NCBI GenBank assembly: GCA_040954595.2
Contig: CM082577.2
Span: forward strand, 2,995,703-3,059,702
Direction of reading: 5' to 3'
From: Balanoglossus misakiensis
Lineage: Eukaryota > Animalia > Hemichordata
DNA length: 64,000 nt
Part shown: positions 36,801-64,000 of the stretch, piece by piece
Position numbering within the stretch: position 1 is the stretch's first letter
Layout of the letters: each line of letters opens with the position of its first letter
Made by a program: the position numbers and the translations under genes
The notes under the pieces: generated by a model
What the model was told of the DNA's origin: nothing
Database searches by the model: none
What the model saw: the letters and a program-made list of their open reading frames with translations, nothing else

Positions 36801-39800
36801 ATGTTTTTATCGGTGAAGAATGTCATCCACACCTGGTCGTCCTCGACCAAGAAGACGTTATTGGCATCCGGCAGCCCGATTCCCTGGAACGTGTACAGGA
36901 TCTGGTCGAAGTCTACGACCGGGCCGACACCGATCTCTACCACGTCTTTGTTCATCTCCGTCTCGAAGAAGTTGACGGTCAGCCGAAGGGCGTAGGCGTT
37001 GGGGTAGGATATGAGGTAGAGGCAGTTCATTCGGTTTTCATACTCTCCGGGATGGTTGGGCGACGTCACGTCGAACGTCTTCATGTTGTAGAAGTTCTCG
37101 CCGCAGTTACCGACTGTTGAGTTAGTAAATCAAAGTGTTTTTTGTTTTACAAATGGAAGGATGAACCAACATACGGATTCGGAAAGGAAAAGAACCGATA
37201 TCAATGTCAGAACTATTATTAAACCTGACTACAAGTGTGTTTAGTTTTACGATTGGTTTAATGAAGGTGTGTACTTGTGTGCACAGTTTACGTTGAACAG
37301 TGTTTGACCATTATGTCTAGCTGGACAGGTCGTTCACTGTAGTATAACATTTATCAAAGTTATGTGACATAAAAGACGCCTATTAACCGCACAAGTGAGG
37401 AATCCAAGACTATTGTCCGGAGCTATTGTCCGACCTTTTGTGCTGTTTACGAGTGATGAACTCATAGTCAAGAGGAAGGCGCTGGGGGCGCACTTCCGCG
37501 GTGACTCTCCAAGCGAAAGCGAACTTTCCGGAAGGCCCACCCGCAGGCAGTGGGCCTTTACAAAGACGTGTGACAATACTACAAAAAACAAGAAACAATA
37601 CTCTTTCCTACAGCCGTTGTTGTGAGTTTCCTTCCTTTATATTTTCCCCACTTTCCCCTTCTAACCTAACCAAACAGGACGTGGTCTTTAGGGGAGGAAG
37701 TTTGTGTTTCCTACCTGTATTTTGATCGCAGGTGATACCCATGAAACCATACGGGCAATGACATCGGTAAGAGCCGCTGTCCAGGTTAAAACACGATCCT
37801 CCATTCTGGCACGGATTGCTGGAACAAGCATCTTGTCCTAAAATGAAAGGAAATCAGTCCTATTACAAAAACTTGTTATATAGCTATTAGTCTCTCAGAC
37901 TGGTAAAACCAATCTAAGTCGTTTAGAACCACTGCATCCGTTAAAAAGTGATCACATTTCGTTAAATTTTGAACTTCATTGTTTAAATCGTCGGATTAAA
38001 ACCGCCATCCACCGTGCTTCCTCTGACGAACAATGCAAGGTCGCGCCTTTTCCCCACCGTGGAATAATCACATGTATGGGAATGTTAACCCGTGCCTCTA
38101 GGGTGATATTTTTAATATGATGACGTTTGCATTGTTTTGAGTGTCGGGCTATTCATCGGTTTCATCCGTCGTAACGGCGATACTTGTTTTCACTAGCGGT
38201 AAAATGTTCACACGCCAACGCGAACGGTTTTCAGTTCCACAATTCCCTGAGACCAATCAGGCAATCAAGCATTTTATCAGCACGAAAAAAATGAAGGAAA
38301 CGCGGCAATTTAAAGTCGTTTCAATGGCATATCTCCACTTCGCGTATTACAGTAACACGACCGCGCATGCAAGAAGCCTGTCGAGTGAAACTTCCACCAT
38401 CTTCCGTCTAGACGATTTTGACAACATTCCGAAGGGGTCACACCGGTGTCAATGTCACCCTTAGAGTACAAAGGAAAGGAACGCCGTGAACAGGGGTGCG
38501 GAGTTTCCGGTCAAACACCTGAGGCTCTCTTTGCAAGGAAGCTTAGTGCGGGGTGCGAATTCCACTTTCTCTCAAGGTGGGGAGACGCGATTTATGATTA
38601 TGATAATACCTTTAAAGGGGCAATACGATATTCTACGTGACGTCAACAGTGTAAATAACCCTCAACAGAAAAACAAATCTGCACTGTGTTTACCCTAGCA
38701 ATTCGAAATGGCACATCCTTGGTTTAATTAGCCTCAATTCATTGTAGGGATAAAACGAAATGTTTGATTTCAAAACACCTTTGTAAAATAACTTAATAGC
38801 AAGATAAAAGCTGGTATCAATTACAAGGTTGCGAAACAAATATAGTGAAATTAATTGAAATCTGACAAAGCTTCATGAAAGAGGGGAGGCTGTTCTTGCT
38901 TGACAAACTCGAATCGAAGTCCAGTATAGACTATGGTGACCTCAGTGAGTTTTGGTTGAGTCAGATACGCCCAACCTCTCGATCGAATATTGCTTCTTTA
39001 GAAGAAATAATCGCCCCGCCGCTTAATCATACCCAAGTCCCATAACACACCCTCTGCGGGTGAAGTATACGAACAAATATAGCCCTGTCCCTTTCTACGC
39101 CTTTTAAGTGGCCTTTTTATGTCCAACACATAAAAGCGCGCAATGAGTGTCCCGCACACTAACAATGACGTTTTGAATGTGAATACTATAACAGCCTTGG
39201 GTGTTGATATTTACAATGACTACACAGCTGATTTTGCCGGTTGATTTCACCCGGGGCCCCGTGTACTAATAGAGTAAATCTCCATTCTATAACCTTGGCA
39301 GTAATGTGCCTTTTTGTGTGGGATCACGAGGCTTGTGGTATTTCGCAACTTCAGGGTTAGCGTGTTTTATGGGGATATCGAGGGTATCAATTTCAATATC
39401 AAGGGCAACTGTTTGGGTATTCCCGGTGTATTTCCAAAGTATAATCCTGCCAGTCGGGGGCTTACGGACATACCAGCAGGTATGGCAAACTTATTATTTT
39501 ATACACGGAGCACGTTTCTTCTTTCTGTACATGTGAAAGAATTCAAGTAAAAGATCCAGAGATTATGATGTATGACGCAAACTCTCTGTTAACTACAGGT
39601 TGCCTTGAGATATTACGACAAGTATCGCATTTGGCGTTGTATAAACATGAAAAACATGTCAGAAAGTCTCGTGGGGTGCATTCTGATGGTCCAGTGTAAC
39701 TTTTTAGGCTGCACTCTCGATCAAAGTGGTCTCATCACGCTTTATACTGAACCCCGATTCACAGACGCGAGACTTGTTTTTACATGTGCTTAGCGCGAGT

Positions 39801-40284
39801 GAGTTCTTGTGCCGAGTCGAACATTCCGAGCAACTAAAAGATTACCTGTTGCCCGGAAATCTACAGACACATTTCAAACAAGAAGGCGAAAGTGTCCTCA
39901 TCGAGACAACTCTGACATTTCGGAGATTTACGGCGTCCGTCAATCATGTGCTAATACTGGCTCCTCTTAAAGTCGGTGTATATTATAGTTAGTGTATCAG
40001 GCGTTGTCTTACTTTCACTGCGAACTTTGGAACAGTTTTCTTCCACTCGCCACCAAAATGACATCGCGGACAGGGTGAAATGATGACAGAAAAAAGTTAC
40101 GATGAAAAATTAATCCAGACCACTGGGATTTGAACTTAGTCATTACAGTCCCCGACCCCGGGGACAAGCACAAAATCGAAAACGCCAGCAATAAATGCGT
40201 GTACAACTTTCACTCACCTTGTGATTTGACATCGGGTACTGCTGTCAACGACAATATAACGGCGATAAGGTAAACCGACTTCAT
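15741..40284 (-). CDS. Gene B: giant fibropellin-like type I membrane protein (SP-EGF-CUB-about 90 EGF-CUB-10 EGF-TM-short tail), 55 coding exons, about 4231 aa
   Basis: Exons: 40218-40284, 37715-37837, 36766-37113 (CUB1), 36541-36618, 36249-36362, 35959-36072, 31046-35719, 30792-30905, 30539-30652, 29410-30441, 29151-29264, 28854-28967, 28573-28686, 28274-28387, 28053-28166, 27721-27834, 27394-27507, 27130-27243, 26875-26988, 26515-26742, 26230-26343, 25877-25990, 25506-25619, 25249-25362, 24922-25035, 24707-24820, 24443-24559, 24191-24304, 23848-23961, 23618-23734, 23241-23468, 22907-23134, 22629-22742, 22378-22491, 22002-22115, 21708-21821, 21413-21526, 21062-21295, 20809-20922, 20550-20669, 20305-20418, 19982-20095, 19622-19735, 19088-19450 (CUB2), 18825-18944, 18585-18698, 18305-18418, 17948-18061, 17657-17773, 17396-17509, 17112-17225, 16782-16907, 16397-16516, 16120-16233, 15741-15892. 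All introns are phase-1 GT-AG, and the manual sum of 12696 nt is divisible by 3. Confidence 0.9.
19088..19450 (-). CDS. Gene B membrane-proximal CUB domain exon
   Basis: GCIAEV...[18 protein letters not shown]...[13 protein letters not shown]...[17 protein letters not shown], a canonical CUB motif in a 363-bp phase 1-1 exon. Confidence 0.93.
20550..29264 (-). CDS. Gene B block of roughly 30 Tyr-rich non-calcium-type EGF modules, mostly one per 114-bp exon
   Basis: Recurrent C-x-N-[YFHL]-x-[TSD]-Y-Y-x-C-x-C, e.g. [36 protein letters not shown]. Confidence 0.88.
29410..30441 (-). CDS. Gene B exon encoding 9 calcium-binding-type EGF repeats
   Basis: 1032 bp = 9x114+6; D-[IFVT]-D-E-C motifs; matches ORF 29372..30412. 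Confidence 0.93.
31046..35719 (-). CDS. Gene B giant exon encoding 41 calcium-binding EGF repeats
   Basis: 4674 bp = exactly 41x114; consensus [38 protein letters not shown]; matches ORF 31026..35738 trimmed to splice sites. Confidence 0.96.
34124..35491 (-). repeat. 342-bp higher-order coding tandem repeat (3 EGF x 4 copies)
   Basis: The motif cctgcccagccaggcatacatgtaca recurs at 35281, 34597 and 34255, with a variant at 34939, i.e. a 342-bp period. Confidence 0.85.
36766..37113 (-). CDS. Gene B N-terminal fibropellin-type CUB domain exon
   Basis: NCGENF...[18 protein letters not shown]...[22 protein letters not shown]...[22 protein letters not shown]. It resembles, from memory, the sea urchin fibropellin CUB (KDVVEYGIGP...FSTDRNIVNRGFRITF). 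Confidence 0.92.
40218..40284 (-). CDS. Gene B first coding exon (signal peptide)
   Basis: [22 protein letters not shown] plus a phase-1 gtgagt donor; joins in frame to EGF exon 37715-37837. Confidence 0.8.
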
Positions 40285-42734
40285 TATATAATCCAAATAA
40301 TTGAGGAATTTTGAGAAATAAATAAATATACTTGTTAATAAATTTCAGTTCTCTAGAGATCAAATCAACATCGGTAAATCATGATGCCGCTTTGCATGCA
40401 ATATATATAAACACTTTGAAATTTTAAAACTTTTAGACACTGCTGGTCTGGTCCGTACTGTTCGGTGGAATAAAACTTTCTGTGGCGTGTACCCTTCTTA
40501 AAAGAGATTTTGGTTTTCCGTTGAATGGAAGTTTGTGACAAAAGAAGGTGTTGACTGGAATTTCTTGCCTGGAAAGCACCTTTACAACTTTACAGGGCGA
40601 GTAATGACAGGCGTGTCCTTCGCGGCTGTTCTATGAAACGATGTACCACCCCGTAAAAAAGACGCCCAGTGGCCGAAAACTTTCATTCTGAGAATATGAT
40701 TTTAAACAGTACTGTATGCAATGGTTGTGTTTAAAACAGAAATCGCGTTTTAACTTTCTTTGAGGCTTGCTTCGTGTAAAGACTGTGCGTTTCGAAATCC
40801 ACAGGTTTGTACTGAGTGATGACGGTGCTTGGAAGAGCAAGACCACCCTCCACATGACCATATATGGTCTTTCTGATTTGAATAAACATGACATAGTAGG
40901 TTCATCCGAGGTCACGCATTGGCAGCAGCTTCCCATATTACGCTCTGAAGGAGTATTCATATTGTCTACCTTCCCTTTATGATTGAGCGAAAGTTTCGAC
41001 CGATTAATCATCTGTTTACACCCGATGAATAAAAATACAGAAGTACAAACCGAAGAATAGGCTGCACACCGAAGCATTCAAAACTCGACTGTGTTGGTGA
41101 TATCGGTGGCAGTCATATTGAGCGGACATGCATTGAACAAGCAAGTCATTATTTTGGCTCTGTAAAAAAACCTAAATAAAAGAAAACTCCTTTTCTATGG
41201 AATACACTACCAGAAAAGCCAAACATGGAAGTTTACGGGATGGAACAGCGATGCACTCAGTAAAACGTCAATACTCGTATACGTAATTGCAACAAAAAAC
41301 TCACACCAACCGCGTCTTAACAATTGACCACGACACACTCCTTAGGAAATACCTTGAAAACAATCCCACAACAGTTGGTCCGTTAGTCTATCATCATCAA
41401 TCAAAGTTTCTTACGTAGGCATTGCATACTTTGATATTGTTCCCAGGGCGTTGCCGTCAGGTCAGGTCGTTAATACTGTGGGTGAACAAAAAAGGAACAC
41501 ACTGTTTCATTGTTTGAGGTTTTATAGCTTTTGTGATCGTAGAAGTGAACGGACATAACGCTCGGTGAAGAAAGTGAAATGCTATTTTTAAGTCTCCGTC
41601 AGAGTACAAACAACCTTTACTGTATCATAGGCATAATGCATTCGGGAAAGTTCCTCTGAAAGAAGCTTTGCTGCGCAGACGCAGTGAGCGACGAAGACAC
41701 GGTACCAAACGCGAACGTCGTCTATTTTGCCTGGCTGCTATTTTTACTGTCCGTACAATGCATCCCAGCGGAATGACTAAACCTTGCGGCTATGAAAAGC
41801 CCAAGCAAAATAAAAACATGTACTGATATATACATGTATCATGTTTTACCTTCCGACCTTCAGAGATGAATTAACAGAGAAGCATAACTTGTGACATCGG
41901 ATTTTGCTGTAAACTTGTTCATTCCCCAGGACGTCCACTCTTGTCGCGACTGAGACCTCGAAGCTCATTGGTTACACTCGCTGACAAATAACAGATGCAG
42001 CACTTGCAATATGCAGATTCATATGACCTATCAACCTCACTCGGCTAATACACCTTTCACTCGAATAGTAAAATTAAATCTTGAAACCCAGAGACAAATT
42101 GAAAAAATGCACTAGTTTCGACTTTTTGATAAGTAATTACTTGAATAAAACTCCATGACAGTGTCACTGACTTGCCTTAAATTGCCTTAAACTTTTTAAA
42201 AATGTTGTTTAAAGTAGATCAAGAAACTGTAGTTGAAACACACTTTCCACCACCACAAAAACTACAGTTAATGAGTTTTGAAGTTGAATAAGACATAAAA
42301 CACAATAGTGTGGACTCAAAGTAGTAAAGCCTTTCAAATCTTTCATTGCAGCCACAGGTGATGCCAAATCACGTTCAGGTCAGTGAGCAACTGTGTGAGT
42401 TTTATTACGTTGTTAGTTTTCAAGTGCAGTGAATTCAGGTGAGTCGGGGGCACATATTTCTTTCCGGGGTGTACTCGTTACAAGAAAGGCAGTGATAACT
42501 CACTATTGTAAATAAAACTTGTAATGTTGGGACGAACGCTACAAACCAATAAATGACTTTGAAAGAATTGGAGACGATCCTTTCAAACCCTGGTTAGTCC
42601 TCAGACAGGCTTTGGAGTCGTTGTGACAGGGAGGTACGTTAATGTTGGAAACCCCAAAAACCATGAATTGTCCTGGCCTGACATACATACATACATACAT
42701 ACACCATATTTACGTCATTATATAAATCATCATT

Positions 42735-42740
42735 TTTATT
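42735..42740 (-). terminator. Candidate AATAAA polyadenylation signal of gene C
   Basis: AATAAA at the end of a roughly 1.7-kb AT-rich tract downstream of the stop at 44439. Confidence 0.35.
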
Positions 42741-44438
42741 ACAAAAAGTTAATTTTCATAAGGCAACTTTCATACAAAAATGCTTTTTTCATTTTTGAAA
42801 AATTCAAAAGGGAATCAAAAGATATTGCTGGGAGTTGATTGATTTTGTGATATATATTGGCTTGTAAATATAATCAGTACTAAAAAGCAGAAGTATTAAG
42901 TCTATCATTGAGACAAAAAAATGAACGGATCTGGAAATTAAACTTCAAATATGCATAGGCGTGTCTTATGGACCCTAAAAATTAAAAATTCAGTGCATTT
43001 TTAAAATCATGACATCTGAGGCAAAAAAAACTAAGTGTGACCATATGAAATGTAACAACAAGGTGGCTGCATAGATAACAAGTACTGGAAATCTGGTCCA
43101 GGAAAATTACGTTTTATCTCATTTACAAAATTTGGAAAAAAATTTTCACAATCCACCATTTGTACACCTTCGTTTTTAACTGTGAAAAAATCATCAGAGT
43201 TAAAATTGCACTAATATACACATCATGTTGACTTAAAAAAAAGACAAAACGTGGAGACATGTCTATATCTAACACTACATATACATACATAATATATAAA
43301 AATTGTAAATGACTCTAAATTCCTTTAAAGACCTTATCTAGCTTTACAAATAAAAAAACATAAATAAAAATTACAAAAAAAACTGCAGCAATCAGTGGAG
43401 AAATCACTTTGTGATTTTAGAATATACATGGACACCAGATTAATTATGACCCACACCAGTTAATATACAAAGGTTATGTTTATTCCCTATGTTTGTCAAG
43501 GTAGGTTTGATAAATATGTGTTCACCGTTTTTTAAAAAAATGAATGATTATGGTAAATTGGAAGAAGGGTTCACTGAGATTTCATCTCGTTATCATAAAA
43601 AGAAGTACATGTTTTGTTTTAATAAGTCTGTGTAATATTTTTTTTTTCAAGTTATACAAATACAAAGCAATTGTGTCAATGAGATTCTTGTTACTGGTTT
43701 CCTGATCTGGAGAGAGAAGTATGACCGAATTCAACCCGGAGTAATTCTTCCTGACTCTTACCCACAACACCATCCTTAATACTGTTTTATTCGCGACATT
43801 TAGTGAAGGGGCGATTGTGCTTTCATTTTTGAAGCATGGTCTTCAGTCAACTTTGAGGGCAGTTGTGACGTCTGGACTGACACACAAGACCTGTTGCATT
43901 GTCAACGAGAGATTAAACATTCTCATAACAATGATCGACTAAAATAGAGATTTATTTAAACCTTGTACTCCCTGATTCCAGATACACAGGACATGACTGC
44001 CACTAAAAACAGTGCAAATGAACCAGTTGCCATGGTTACTTGAGTGGTAAAACTAGGCAAAACAACAACAACTCCGGGTTGATTTACAGCCATGTGACCA
44101 CAATCCACACTACAATCACCATTTTTGTTACCATTTTTTAATAATTCTTTCATTTTACAATCATACTTTTGTCGGTTTAGTATTATCACTGAAATACAAG
44201 CAGCATCAGATACCAGCTGCTTCTGTTCTGTAAAATAGTTCCTCAAACACTTCCTCAGATAATTTAACCCTTTTCTTTCACGTTTTTCCTTCTCTCCCCC
44301 ACTAGTAGAAAACCACGTTAAAAAACTTTACATGAGTACTGTTAGAGTCAAGCTTTGTCATGATTGACAAAAAGTGAATGATTTCGTATTTTTTTATATA
44401 TTTTTCTTTAAAAAAATATTTGGTATAAGTTGGGTTTT

Positions 44439-63824
<19,386 letters not shown>

Positions 63825-64000
63825 CTACAGAAGAAAATATGCACGGTCAAAATTTCTGCCTTATTATCCACGTTCTGTCACCTCCCCCCTAATCCCACGT
63901 GAGCGGTTCTGACTTATCAAGAAAGGACCATGGTGTGGTCTGAACTACTATGATGGTATAGGGGTGGTTACAACGAGTGAATGTTTTTCGAGGACTTCTT

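Noticed and set aside
15741-40284. Assigning the fibropellin (EGF1) gene symbol
   Set aside because: The N-terminus is fibropellin-like, but there is no avidin-like C-terminus and the architecture differs; orthology is untested.
41644-41654. NF-kB-like motif gggaaagttcc upstream of gene B, and a TATA-like run near 40402-40409
   Set aside because: Isolated short motifs expected by chance, with no supporting context.
40300-44400. An additional gene between B and C (ORFs 40631-41077, 43956-44246)
   Set aside because: No recognisable domains or exon chain; consistent with the gene C 3'UTR and the gene B upstream region.

Overview
Intron-rich animal DNA, most likely from an invertebrate deuterostome of the echinoderm/hemichordate type, inferred from a fibropellin-like CUB domain. 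It is not prokaryotic, and most ORF-track entries are exon fragments or antisense shadows. The window holds three head-to-tail minus-strand genes for EGF-repeat proteins, reconstructed by hand from GT-AG exons. Gene A (612-10656, runs off the left edge): signal peptide, Reeler domain, at least 6 EGF. Gene B (15741-40284, complete, 55 coding exons, about 4231 aa): signal peptide, EGF, fibropellin-type CUB, about 90 EGF (41 of them in one 4674-bp exon), a second CUB, 10 EGF, a TM helix and a tiny basic tail. Gene C (44439-63824, runs off the right edge, over 2200 aa visible): 25 unusual 8-Cys EGF modules, three 7-Cys modules, two normal EGF, a CUB, 22 EGF including four 4-Cys mini-EGFs, a TM helix and a tiny basic tail. 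The strongest novelty candidate is gene C. The gain/loss pattern of its extra cysteines fits inter-module disulfides that would staple consecutive EGF domains into a calcium-independent rigid rod. Gene B has calcium-binding and Tyr-rich modules at the same interface.
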